Translations under genes and position numbers: made by a program
Source: Callorhinchus milii
Lineage: Eukaryota
DNA length: 64,000 nucleotides
Assembly (NCBI RefSeq): GCF_018977255.1
Contig: NW_024704743.1
Span: forward strand, 30,258,001-30,322,000
Direction: 5' to 3'
Shown here: piece by piece, positions 37,231 to 49,560 of the stretch
How positions within the stretch are numbered: the stretch's first letter is position 1
Layout of the letters: every line of letters starts with the position of its first letter
Notes under the pieces: generated by a model
Seen by the model: the letters and a program-made list of their open reading frames with translations, nothing else
Told to the model about the DNA's origin: nothing
The model's database searches: none

Positions 37231-39089
37231 GAAAAATAATTGGACACATTATATTTTTCAAGAAATGATTCCTTAATAAGGACTGCTAGTGTCGCAAATC
37301 AGGACTCGAAAATGCCACTCCGATGCACTGGAGCTCCTGTTCAGGGTGATCTACTTCCAGAGTAGAATTGCCACAGATGGCTGGGAATTCCTAGCGTATT
37401 CCTTATTAAGAAATTGCATTGGAAAATTCCACAAATAGGACCCCACATAGTGCAAGAATTTAATTAACTATCATTGATGGATGAGTGCACAGTTTGGCTT
37501 CAGCTTGGGTCCTTAAGTTGGATAATTTCGTTGATCTGAATTCTTTGATCCAATATTTTTTGAGGGGAAAAAATATTTTCCAACTAGAAGCTGAGCCATT
37601 TTATCACTAAAGGGGTTCTGTGCTTTATGATATATATTTTTTCACATCTCTTCACATGAAGGTGACTTATCTTCATGTGAACAAATCAAACAAAACTGCT
37701 ACTCAAGTTGTACAGCTTCTGCTTTGATACAAATCATATGAAACTTCAAAGAATGCACTTCAAAGCATATATCCCTGAAAGTGAAAAGAGCCAAATCCAA
37801 CCTATTCACATTTATCCGTCCCATTAGTCTTGTAGGTGTTAGGAGATTGTAACAAAGTTCATGTCTGTAAATTGCCAGAGATTCAGCATTCAGTCTTCCT
37901 TCTAGCGATCTTGCAACATTGATAACAAAACTATAGGATTTACAAGACTGCAATAATGGTTGAATGTTTCTCAGACTTGCAGGAAAACTTGAATACAATT
38001 GGGTCTTTCTGACTTGTGTTAATTTATATTGCTTTCTGTTGTGTATTTTTTTGTTGCTGTAGTATTTGACATGAGGTCCCGTTTACAAATACATCTATTC
38101 ATCTTGGTCCCAATAGCCCCAGGTAGCAATGTTTTGTGCAACTGATTTTTCCTGGTGCTTTTTATTTTTACAGAGACATATGGCCCTGCCCGGAGGGGAA
38201 TGTGGTGACAATGTTCACCTAAGGGGCTTAAGACTTCCCTGAACAATTCTGGTTATGTTCAACAAACCTAATTAGTTTGAGGCAAATGTACATACTCCTT
38301 CCAAGTTGAACATCTGAGCCTTGTGACTACAGTACCACTACACTTGTGCATTTAATATCATCAGTTCCTTCTACATATAAGGTCTTATGAATGCATATTG
38401 ATCCAATCAAAGTGTTCCAAAAATAAATAGCAATTTTAAAAATAAATCTGTTATGTCATGTGTCTGTGTGCGAGACAAATAGGGTGAGAGAGAAAGGGTG
38501 TGTGAGCAAGTGAGCAGGAGAAACAAAAGCGTGTGAGAGAGATCGAAACGCAAGGAGGGAGGGAAGGAGGGAAGGAGGATACAGTAGTAGGAACAGATCA
38601 ATTCACTTTGTTTGTCACCATTGGATGTTTCCTTTGATCACATCATTTTTTGAAGACACACAGTAACTGCAACAGGGGTTGTCTTTATTTTGTAGAAAGC
38701 CTATGATTTATCCAGCAGTGTGTTAGGACCTACGTGAAATCATGTTTTCAACACAATACAAACTGGATCATTTGACCGGTTAACATCACTCTCATTCTCC
38801 TACACACCCAAATTCTAGTCAAAAAAGAATGTGTAAAACAATCGATTGGACTGAACAATACAAGGTACCCCAGCACAAAAAAATATTTTGGGTGGAAATT
38901 GTGGGTATTGTAACAGATTTAATGCATTATCAAACCAGTCAAATACTGTCATTTCGTGCCAATTACAACTGCAACAGCAAATGGTCCTTATATAGAACCA
39001 TTCAAAGTACTTTAACAGAAATGATGTGGATCACAAAGCAAGGTGGAAAAAGGAGTGTGGGGACTTTGAGGATATTGATATTATTATTG

Positions 39090-39360
39090 ATAATAATCTT
39101 TGCATTTATATAGGGCTTTAGCACATAGTTGAGATGTCTCAAGGTGCCACATACTGTAAAATGCAGTGACTGTGAAATGTGGCAGCCATTTAATGCACAG
39201 CAATGTCCCACAAACAGCCATGAAGTGACCAATTTTATTGGGGGGGAATTGTTGGCCAGAACAAGGAAAAACTATTCTTGTTTTAAATTCTGCCGCAGGA
39301 TCTCTAATATCCATCTGAACGATTAGATAGGGTCTTAGTTTATCATCTCATTCGAAAGAC
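39090..39360 (-). mobile_element. Deu-domain SINE lacking head
   Basis: cacagcaatgtcccacaaacagccatg...ggatctctaatatccatctgaac...gtttatcatctcattcgaaagac. Confidence 0.75.
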
Positions 39361-41029
39361 CATCACAGAGAGTTGACTCAATCCCTACATTCCTTGGCAA
39401 GCACATCACCTTGGAGCCAGCTAAGTTCCAAGGAAATCCTGTGTACCTCCTCCCATATGTAGGTGGTATAATAATTGTGTTTGAAGAAAGCTTTGAAAAA
39501 TAGTATGGACTCAGTTGGTTTGGTGGTGCGTTCAGGATTTAGAAATGAACTCAGGCTGCTGCTCGGAGAAACAGGTAGGATAGCTGCCAAATGTTTTGAA
39601 ATTCAAATAAGAGCAAACCATTGAACCATTATGCTGAAATTGGGGGGTGGGGAAGGTGGGGGGAGGTCAGTATCACCGCCGGTCTTCAGGAGTTGATTTG
39701 AAAATCAACTCATAGCAGATTCAATTGGATGTTGACCAATCATCCAATCCGCTGTGAATTTTTTTTCCCCCAATGTTACAGTTGTAAAGCAAGTTGGAAC
39801 AGAGAGAATGTCAATCTCTAATGCATGATGTAACAATTTGAAAATGAATGATTCACAAGTCCTTTTAATTTTAAGGTACAAATATGCCTTTATCCTGAAT
39901 CACTGAATTAAAATGGAAAGCATTCCTAATCTAATCCCAGGACCCTTCCACATCTGGCAGGCCAGAGAGCAAAATCTCAGCTCATTTACCCCATGGTGTC
40001 ATGAGGGGAGTTGCATTCTGATAGATTTAATTAGCTGATTCATATAGGAAGCCTGAGCTGACTGCAAATTGAATTACTTCTCTTCCCTGCTGAAGTTCAA
40101 CATCTGCTGCAGGACTGAGCGATCAAAAAAAAATTAACAATCGAAACTTGTTTCAAGGTTCGACTGAATGCAAGGGCTCAGAAGTTCTCTTGTGATTGGC
40201 AGTGAGGGCAGTTTCTTTCATTACTGTATCCAGGATACAAAGTGGCAAGGACTTGGGTATGGATGATTCACCATATTCTGTTAGGTTGAGGAGCTGCTGT
40301 GGGATGGTAGATTCAATGGATATTTCAGTGTGATAATTTGTCACATGGAACATCATTCCGTCACCCTTAATGTCCTGTATTACTTTACCCTGTGAACATT
40401 TTTCCTTATTAAATGGAAATCATTACTGTGTTACAATTTCAGAATTTGCCGAAGGCCTGCAAGTGAATGAAATACGTGACTTGGAGCTTCTATGAAACTT
40501 GCTTGCATCAGTGGAGCAATCAACAATGGACAGTCGAGAGTACATGCCAGCAAACAGCCAGAGCAGACACATTTAAAACACAAATACCTTGGAACAGCAA
40601 CAACAATAAATTACATTTGTTTTGCGCCTTTCACATTGGGAGGCTGTCCCAAGGCACTGAACAGTCAATGTTCTTTACGCTTTATTGTTTATTTTAATTA
40701 AAGAAATTCTACTAAAAAGGGTGCATGAAAGTTTGCCTGGAATCCAACATGCTAAACTCATGTGAGATATCTGTGGAGAAAATATTTTTCTTAAATATTC
40801 AACAGCAAAACGCAAGCTCACAGGGGTAAGATTGATATAAGGTTGTAAGCATCCATTTGAGACTCTCGAACAGGCCTGCAACATGTCTTTTATCATAGTC
40901 TGATAACGACTGCCAGAAATATCTTCCTTGACAAAACAGCATCCCATGATCTCTCAACATAGCAGCTAAGAATGGGAGTGCAGATGAGGGAATATTTCCT
41001 GTGCAGAGAATTCGACCCTCTGGAAATCC

Positions 41030-41113
41030 TGTGAGTGAAGTAGAGAAATGAAATTGATGTGACAATATGTAAGCAAGTGTGTGACAAACATGAAGCCAGG
41101 CTACTTATGTGTA
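41030..41113 (+). repeat. Left arm of 84-bp long-range inverted repeat
   Basis: Reverse complement of 42979-43062 with 6 mismatches and no indels. Confidence 0.92.
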
Positions 41114-41344
41114 TTGAATTCTTTGTCGGACTTCAATTTTTTTTAAAAAATCCAGATAAATATCTTTGTATCCTTGGAATGTCTTGTACTCTGCTCTGTG
41201 TGTGGGGGAGCTGTAGGAAGAATTTCATTCTGCACCAAGCACATTTCTCAATTGAAAACTATATCACTTGAAGGCCCAGATATTTTCTCTTCCTTTCAAA
41301 TACATGCAAGTCCTTTTATATTTTGTTTCTTCAAGCGGAAACCA

Positions 41345-41700
41345 TAATAATAATAATCCTTGTATTTGATATAGCACCTTATCAAGTCTTCGAGACGACT
41401 CAAAGCACTTCACAGATTATACTGTAGAGTGAATTGACTGTTTATTTTGTGGACCAACTGTGGCAGCAAAGTGCACACAGCAGTGTCCCACAAACACTCG
41501 TGGATTGAGTGTCCAAATTTTTTTTTTTGAAGGGATTATTACCCCTGTAAAAGCGATTCACCAATTGACTAACAACCAGGTTCCTACTTACAACTAGGTA
41601 AAGAGAGGCGTGTGGAGTAAGGAAACTTGCCCAACGTTTTGCCCCGTCCGGGAATCGCTTGCAAGGTGAGTGCTCCAACCGCTAAGCTACAGGACTCCAC
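41345..41700 (-). mobile_element. Young tRNA-derived SINE, long form
   Basis: Ends in gctacaggactccac; the T-arm of the head is partly deleted. Confidence 0.9.
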
Positions 41701-42439
41701 AAGATGACGACGTGCAAGTTCCACAAGTGCAAATCTGTACTTTAGCAACATTAATTGTCCATAAATAGTCAGATACTTGATGTTCCCTAATAACTCAAGT
41801 GTATTCACACTTTACCCTGAATTGCTTCTGAAGGAAGCTATGTAGAACTTTACAGCACAGAAGACAGGACATTCATCTTCAGTTTCCATTTACGAAGTTA
41901 ATGTTTCCTTGTTTTATCTGCTGTTACATGGATTAAAACTGGTTTATGAACCTCTTGCATTTGAGGAAAGCATCTCAGGATAGCTTTAAGTGCCATGTAA
42001 GCTCAGGGGTCCAGGTTAGTCTTTTAATGCTTTTCTCTTTACAGCTCCCAACACAAGTTAATGCTGTTTACAACAACAAGACAACAACAACAAGATTACA
42101 TTTGTATAGCGCCTTTCACCTCGGGAGGACGTCCCAAGGCACTGAAACAAGTTACAAGATCATTAGAGAGGTTTGAATGAAGAAGACACTGTCCAATTTG
42201 ATTTCATCCTTTCAGAATTCCAATTTTACCAAGTTCTCATTGCCATATTGAACTCTTTCCTAAATGAGTTCTGACCTCAACCACCCTTCCTGTTGATTAT
42301 TTATTCCAGCTGTTAACAGCAGTCTAATAAAGTGGCCAAACTCTTGCTCTATTATGCCCAGTAATTCGTGTTTGTGAAATAGGGTGGGACTTCAGGTTAG
42401 TGAACAAGTCCCCTTTTTGCTTCATTTATTATGTTCTAG

Positions 42440-42550
42440 GTTTTGGCCTGGGGATCGTGTGCGACATTTTGCTTCGCTCGGTACTGAAGTCATACGTGAG
42501 TGGGCTCTATCATTGGTGCTGGAAGAGGAGGCAAGCCAATCCATCAAACT
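42440..42550 (+). other. Candidate internal exon (56 nt or 111 nt) of an unidentified transcript
   Basis: Pyrimidine-rich acceptor ...ttcatttattatgttctag|G, GTGAGT donors at 42496 and 42551, 5 CpGs in about 45 bp, and two frames open across 111 nt. No recognisable homology. Confidence 0.3.
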
Positions 42551-42978
42551 GTGAGTCAGCCCAACACTTTAATTTGCAGAAATGTCGGGAAACGAACATG
42601 CAGTTGTGGAGGATAGTTGTTGCTTTGTGCCAAGGTGACAGCGTAACTCAATATATGTATCATTCCATAAACATTTCAAAACACAGTGCTTGTGAGAGTG
42701 AAACAATTAAAATATATCTTTTACTGGAGAACCTTGGACAACCCGTCATTCATTGCTACATTAAATTAACTCAAAAGATAAAGTTACTGAGTGTGAAATT
42801 GGAAATTTGAAAGCAGATCTTCTATTGCAGGCTCTGCTGCTGACAAAATAATCTGAAGCTTTATTATATCTGTCCAGAAAATTGGAAACAAGCACAAGGA
42901 GAGATGTCCTTACCTAAGTATGAATTCAGGCTCAAGCCACTGCTGGGCAAATGGATTGAAATGAAGAAGCAAACTGGC

Positions 42979-43062
42979 TACACATAAGTAGCCTGGCTTC
43001 ATGTTTGTCACACACTTGCTTACGTGTTATCACCTCAACTTAATTTCTCTACTTCACTCACA
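42979..43062 (-). repeat. Right arm of 84-bp long-range inverted repeat
   Basis: See 41030-41113. Confidence 0.92.
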
Positions 43063-43784
43063 CAGAAATGCTCAGGGAGACACACAATCGCAGGCCAACA
43101 CACATGTATGGGCACATTCTTGTGAATATTAGTTCATCAACATTAGTTTGTTCTCAAGCACACAAACAAAAGAATGTTGTATTGTTTCTTTCAGATATCT
43201 ACATGCTTAACTCTTTGCTTTCTCATATGCTCCTAGACACACATATGGCTAAGGACACAGGATGTTTCGGTCCTTTTCTGTTTCTGAGAAGCAACCACCC
43301 CAACACACATACATATTATAGCCATATTGCAATACAACAACAAGATTACAATATGTGCCATATTACACATACCTGAAGAACAGTATACCTGTTTGTTGTT
43401 ACTGAGTTGGCATCTCTCTGGTAGACATACTAGAACTAATGTAAAGCCAGAACATGGGAAGTCTCTACCATTCTTAGGCAGGTTATAAGATAAAGCCAAC
43501 TATTGGCATCAGTTGAATATCCTGCTGTTCCTTCTTGCTTAGTTGGACCATCATTCATCCTGCATGCTGCTTGGTGGGTCTTTTCGCCCCTTTTTGCAGC
43601 TACCAGACACCCCAAAGCATCCTGTACAACTAGTTTGCCAACCAGTACATTGTGGCAGTGCTGGATCGCATAAGCATCCAACTCACTGAGTGGTGGGTCA
43701 TCTGAGCCAGTCTGTCCATCTCTTCTCTTGTACATTTCAAATTGCTTTCCATTCTGCTAAAGATGAAGTTGTTTCAACTAACAT

Positions 43785-44345
43785 GTAAACTATGGAACAT
43801 GGAACAGGCTCCTTTGGGAGATTGTGCAAGCAGAAAGTGTTGATTCTTTCAAGAACAAATTAGATAGATTTCTGTTAGGAAGTAATATCTCGGGATACAG
43901 TATATAGTTTAAGACATGACTTGCGACTGCCAGGGTATATAGAGCCTCTGATGCAGGGTAGCATCCCAAGTGCTCTGGGACGCTACCCTGCTTGAGGGGT
44001 GCTATATAAATGCAAGTTGTTGTTGTTGGTTGAGGGCGAACTGGTTAGACCTTGGTCAACTTTCGTCCAGCAAATTCTTATGTTCTAACTACACTGTAGA
44101 CCTATTGAACCATAGAAATTTACAGTACAGAAGGATGCTGTTCAGCCTTACATGCTGGATCTTTTAAGAGCCCATATCCCCATACCCCTGCAGTTTACCC
44201 ACTTTTAGCAATTTTGTTCCCTTTTGAAAACTAATATGGATTCTGCTAATAAGAAGTCTCACAGCTCCCGGCTTGGATTACAAACTCTACTCTGTAAAAC
44301 AAAAACTCCTAATCTACACCCTTTTGCTTGTTTGCTACTTAGCTT
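43785..44345. mobile_element. CR1 3' end (+) interrupted by a fold-back L2 tail, followed by a second CR1 3' end (-)
   Basis: gattctttcaagaacaaattagatagatttctg...gggcgaactggttagacc...aattcttatgttct, then catagaaatttacagtacagaagga. Confidence 0.65.
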
Positions 44346-44499
44346 AAATTATGCCCTCCAGTCACTGACTCACCGATCACATCCTAGCTACCCTACTTAT
44401 CCAATGGCAATGCAATCAACTGGTGAAAAGGAAATTCAACCTATTTTTTTCCATTGCTTGACTACGTTGACAAATCCCTAGAAGTTATTCTCAAGTTGT

Positions 44500-45100
44500 A
44501 ATGCTTATCAGGCTGTACCAAGTGTACTATATATGGGTTTGGTCACCTCAAAGTAAGGGGGAATGCCGAGGCCCAAGAAATGGTACAGAGAAGAGCAATG
44601 AGACTCGTTCCCAATGTTCAGGAAGTGCTTAGATACGTTGGAACTCTTCCCTCATGGAAAGAGACATCTCAGGGGTCATTATCGAGTTGTAAAAATTGTT
44701 AAATTGGATTGAGAACGTGACCTTGAAAGTAAAAAATAAGTGTGGTCACTCAAGCCATGACTGTTTGCGGCACACTGCTGTGCGCATTTGGCTGTCGCAT
44801 TTGGCTTACAAAATAAGCAGTCAATTCACCTGATAGTATATTTCTATAAAGCACTTTAAGATGTCTCGATGAGGCGCTATATCAAATGCAAGGACTATTA
44901 TTTACTATTAAAACTTTCAGACATGTCAACGCAGCAAGATAAGAGATATAGATTGTGAAGTGCTAATTCAGGACAGACATCAAGAACTATATCTTTATAA
45001 GGAGGATAATTAACAATTGGAACAAATTACCAGGCAAGATGATTGAGGGTAGGACACTGGATTCATTTAGGAAACTACTTGATGCTGTAACAAAAAATGG
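44500..45100 (+). mobile_element. CR1 ORF2 C-terminal fragment interrupted by a young SINE 3' half (44735-44905)
   Basis: tttggtcacctc...gtacagagaagagcaatgagact (FWSP and VQRRA-like), then the SINE body, then ttggaacaaattacc...gattcatttaggaaactacttgat. Confidence 0.7.
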
Positions 45101-45724
45101 TCTTCTGATGCTGAACCTAAATAACAGTACACAAAGGTAAACAAACATTTCATTGGCACACCTTGATATAAAGCGACACTCTAAGTAAATGTAGCTACTT
45201 GATGACACTCAGGAGATAACTATTTCCTCTAGGGAACATTACCAATGTGAACTGAAGAACAATGCAGGGTAGGCTGCTATGTACTCAGTCACATTTCATC
45301 CCTGTGCACATATTAGGGCTCCAGTCACCGATTACCAAATACCCATAAAATAAAGTGATTGCACCAATTAACAGAAGCTCGGGACTAAAAACAGCAATTC
45401 AAACGAACTACTGAAGTGTGAAATATTCCTGCATATTAATCTCAAACTTGCAAGAATACAGTTTTTAACTATATAAAAAGTGCACTTTACTGAGAACATT
45501 ATGTATATTAAAGTAATATGACTAAGTACTTTTTTCCCCAGTTTGAATTAGACCCTATGCATTAGGTCCACATAAGACTTGTCTTTATTAGGAATCATTG
45601 AGGGCAGTTTGATTAGCTGAATTACTATTGCCATCTGTGTAGATTACTGTTATTTTAAATCAAGGTCAAATTCAAGAGGTCCTCGTACTCAAGGCTGTAA
45701 TTGCTCCTATATTTTACCGTCTTT

Positions 45725-46138
45725 GGGGAGAAATTCCACCTGTGTCTAGATTTACTCTATTTATCATTGGAAATTTCTGCCTCAATCCCTCCACCTCACC
45801 CCTTTCTTTAGTTTACTTTGAATCTCATCTAAAAACCTAGCTCTTTGACTTGTACCTATGGTCACTTTCTCCTTCTCTGGCGTTCATTGTACAGCCCTTT
45901 GAGATGTAATCCTTTGTGAAGGGTGCTATATAAATGAAAGTTGTTGTTTTATTTGTGTAGTATTTTAGAATTGATGCAATTTGGGAAATTGTTGAATTCA
46001 ATCCCAAATTGGGATCATGTTTCTGTAGTTTCTTAAAAGGATTTCCAGAAAACTGGCTTCAAAACTAAGAATAATAAATTCTGGACCTCTAAGAAACAAT
46101 ATTAATAGAGTAAATCAAGACCTAAGTTGAATTCTCCA
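45725..46138. mobile_element. Putative MITE with about 35-bp imperfect TIRs, containing an L2 tail insertion (about 45780-45947)
   Basis: ggagaaattccacctgtgtctagatttactctatt versus aatagagtaaatcaagacctaagttgaattctcc; a related left end occurs at 30659-30696. Confidence 0.55.
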
Positions 46139-48139
46139 CTATCAAAGAGCTCTGGGCCATTATAGGAGGCTGTGGGTCATGCCACTAAACAAACTTGCGC
46201 CAAGGGTTTTAGCAACAAAAAGAAAGGTTTATTTTGATAAGGAAGCTATTGCAGACTCTCCCACCTCTCTACTCTAGCACCCAGCTATATATTGGTGCTC
46301 ATTCAATAACTGGTTGCTGGTGCACATTTAGCACTTAGCTGAAATTTCAAACAACCGATTGAAGCACCTTTTTTTAATTAAATTAAAAAACAACACCATC
46401 CTTTAAACATAAGTGGAGCGCCTATATCCATAGAAAGCAGAGACAGAATTTATCCCCCTGTCACTTTTCTTCAACACTAAGTCTTCAAACTTCAACCAAA
46501 CCTGTGTCCGAACATAATAAACTTGAAATTCCATCCTGCCTTTCAGATTATTTTGTTTTAGCACTCCATTGTTAGCCCTTTACTTACTTTTTAAAAAAAA
46601 ATAGATCAAACGGTGTGTAATGTAAATGATGAAAGGTTTGAAAATCGGAAAAAAATTTAAAAGAAATATTACGAAAACAAATCAAATTTTAGAAGCTTGC
46701 ATTGAAGTCAGTCCACAAAAAGAAACTGAGGCAAATGAAACACACTTGATATCTTTTTACATTTAAAAATATTCTGCAATAATTAATTTTAATAATAAAA
46801 TCTTGTGAAGCACTTTGAGAAGCTTTAACGATGTGATAAAGGCCTATAGTAAATGCAAAGATTACAACAAATTTGCATTTAGCACATTTCACATGGGGTA
46901 ATGTTTCACAGCATTTTTCTCTAGTTTCTTAAAAGGAATTAAACATTCACTTCAATAAAGATGAATAATAATTTAAATAAATTAATGATAATTTTAAGAA
47001 TGATCTAATTTCAGTTGGTGCAGATATCATTCGCTGTTTTTAAGGGAATTTAAAATTCTAATACGGCTTTAATGTCTGATGGTGTTTTACTTTTACTAAA
47101 ATGAAAAAAAAACGTTTGGCCTTTTTATCAAAAAACAAAAGCAATAAAATAAAAATAAAAGCCAGAATTTATCAGCTGTTAATCACAGGTTTGTTTAGCC
47201 TTAACTCAGAATTAGCATTTCTTTGTCCATTGACTAAAGGAAATTTTAAATTCTGTTTTGTGCAGATTACTTTGAGTCATAAAAGAATCTCAAATTCCCC
47301 TGTGAATTAACCTGATTATATCTGCTGAATTCTTATTCAAAATAATGCTAATATCTTTAAAATTTGCTTTTATCTAATCATCGATGAAAAGCATATCAGC
47401 ATGCTACGAATTAATCAGCAAAGATATCTTGATTTGTACCAGACACTATTCTCCCAATGTCAAGTGTCTCACGTACACAGTCACCCTGCAGAATAACACT
47501 GAGTGAATGAGACAGCTGAGCCCTGCTATGGGTGTCTATACAGAAGCCTGAAAAGACTCCTCAGTTTCAGCTCAGTCCAAAGACATCTGTGTAGCAGAGG
47601 TCCTCGTGATAGTGCTGGCAGCTCTCTTGACAGTGACATCACCAGTGCATCCCAATGAATACACTTGATACCCGTACCAGTCTGTCTCAGCACTCGCAGA
47701 GCCAATGCTTTGCTTTGTAAGCTGTGCAGGCCGTCGGGTGAGGCCAGCTAAGAGAGTTCAGAAAGCAGCGGCCACCTGTCACCAAGACAGAGCCAGAGAA
47801 CAGAGATTACGACGGGGGCAATTCAAGACTCGGGATATGTGTTTGTCCATGCTCGACCATGGGAAAAAGCTGACACTGCATATCCCTGGGGCTCTTATGA
47901 TTAAGCAAAAACATACTTTATTTACATATCCGTTTTCCTGTGGAACCCCTGAACACATCCAATTGATGGCATTTATCCCCAGTAATTCCGTAGTTCCAAA
48001 CGGTTTGTTAAATGTCATCCTCCCTGCTGGTATAAAAGTATTAATTTGTAGAAGTTTAAAAATCTGCCTAAACTTCCCCCAATCATTGATGCGTTCACTA
48101 AAGAGTGGAGACCGGAGATAACATAGACCGTGTTCAAAT

Positions 48140-48595
48140 TCAAACCATTTCAAAACTCTGCCACTCGGATTCTCATCCGCATAAATCCCTGTACCCCCAT
48201 CACACCAGTCCTTGTCAGGCTCCGCTTGCTCCCAATTACCGAACAGATTGATTTCAAGATCTTCTCATTGTTTTCAAATCCCTTTATGCACTTGCACGTC
48301 CCTACCTATCTGGTCTACTTACCCCCCGTTCCACCACCCATTGCCTCCATTCGGCCTCCTGTTTGTCCCTCGTCCCCTCCGCTTCTCCATCGGTGGCTGT
48401 GCCTTGAGCCACTACACCCCGAAACTCTGGAACTCTCTCCCTCCCTCTACAATTTGAAATCCCGTCTAAAGACCTTCCTTTTTGATCATGGGTTTGATCA
48501 CCTTCCCCCCTCCATCTCCCCGTGGCTTGGTGTTAGACTGTCAAGGGCTCCAGCACGTTACATGTGGGTGCTATATAAATGCAAGTTGTTGTTGT
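48140..48595 (+). mobile_element. Older L2 3' end
   Basis: FQNSATRILIR...ITPVLVRLRLLPITEQIDFKI...LKSRLKTFLFD, followed by gctatataaatgcaagttgttgttg. Confidence 0.85.
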
Positions 48596-48599
48596 TTTT

Positions 48600-49125
48600 C
48601 CGTCTCAGTTAATAGCACTCTCGCCTCTGAGTCAGAAGATTGTAGGAATTCAAGCCCCATGTTGGGATCTGTCACACTGTAATAATAATAATTTGGTTAC
48701 TCAATCCATGACTATTTGTGGGACATTGCTGTGCGCAATTGCCTGCTGCGTTTCACCCACAAAACACACAGTCAACTACCCTTTACAGTATATTCTGTGA
48801 AGCGCTTTGAGACATTTCGAAGACGTGATAAGGCGCTGTATCAAATGCAACGATTATTATTGTTATTATTTAAATTCACAGTTTGGGTACCATTCCAGTG
48901 GAATGCTGGGGGAGTGCTGCATTATTGGAGGTGCTGTCCTTTGGATGAGATGAGAAACTAAGGTCCCTTCTGCCTGTCACGTGTCCTATTACACTATTTT
49001 AAAATAGAAGGGAATTTATCCCAGTCTCCTGGTCAACAGTCCCTTAGATAAAATTGATTATTCACTTCATGGCTGTTTTGTGGCACATTGCTGTGTGAAA
49101 ATTGGCTGCCAAGTTTACCTACAGA
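48600..49125 (+). mobile_element. Deu-domain SINE with a nested young SINE 3' half (48680-48870)
   Basis: tagcactctcgcctctgagtcagaag head, then the insert, then ggagtgctgcattattggaggtgctgtcctttggatgagatg...aaattggctgcc. Confidence 0.8.
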
Positions 49126-49159
49126 TTTATATTCAATACATTTTGATTATATCAAGAAT

Positions 49160-49395
49160 GACAATTGGCCTCAGTATCCCTGAGTTAAAAAAGGGAAATC
49201 AGCCAGGATTCTTACTGACCACTGGACTGCAGCGAGCTCCAGTGGGAAACTTTGAAAAGTTTGTGGTATGCAAGTCAGGCAGAGAAAAGGGACTCAGCTG
49301 TGACAACCCAGATGGTTCAACAGTCTGTCATTCTTCACTGTCTGCTGGCCATTGGATGTCACTGATATTGTGGGGTTGTGCAGCACCAGAGAGGA
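49160..49395 (+). mobile_element. Old SINE-like family B
   Basis: acaattggcctcagtatccctgag...aaatcagccaggattc...ctcagctgtgacaacc. Confidence 0.55.
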
Positions 49396-49454
49396 AAAAG
49401 GGTATTTAAAAGGGAATGAGATCGGCACATAAGGAGGTAACAACTGTTACAGTC

Positions 49455-49560
49455 AAATATACAGTCAATTCATTTTACAGTATATTCTGTGAAGGGCTTT
49501 GAGACGTCTAGAAAACGGGATAAGGCTCTATATCAAATGCAAGGATTACTATTATTATTT
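49455..49560 (+). mobile_element. Young SINE tail fragment
   Basis: aaatatacagtcaattc...gagacgtctagaa...atcaaatgcaaggatta. Confidence 0.85.

Noticed and set aside
37651..37681. 11-bp hairpin ttcacatgaag/cttcatgtgaa (similar small stems at 7543-7590 and near 55755-55780)
   Set aside because: Short enough to arise by chance or local template switching; nothing else supports function.
43436..43735. 99-aa minus-strand ORF
   Set aside because: No recognisable homology or clear donor; cannot be supported without a database search.
47705..48612. 138-aa, 124-aa and 160-aa ORFs
   Set aside because: The first two have no recognisable homology, and the third is decayed L2 ORF2.
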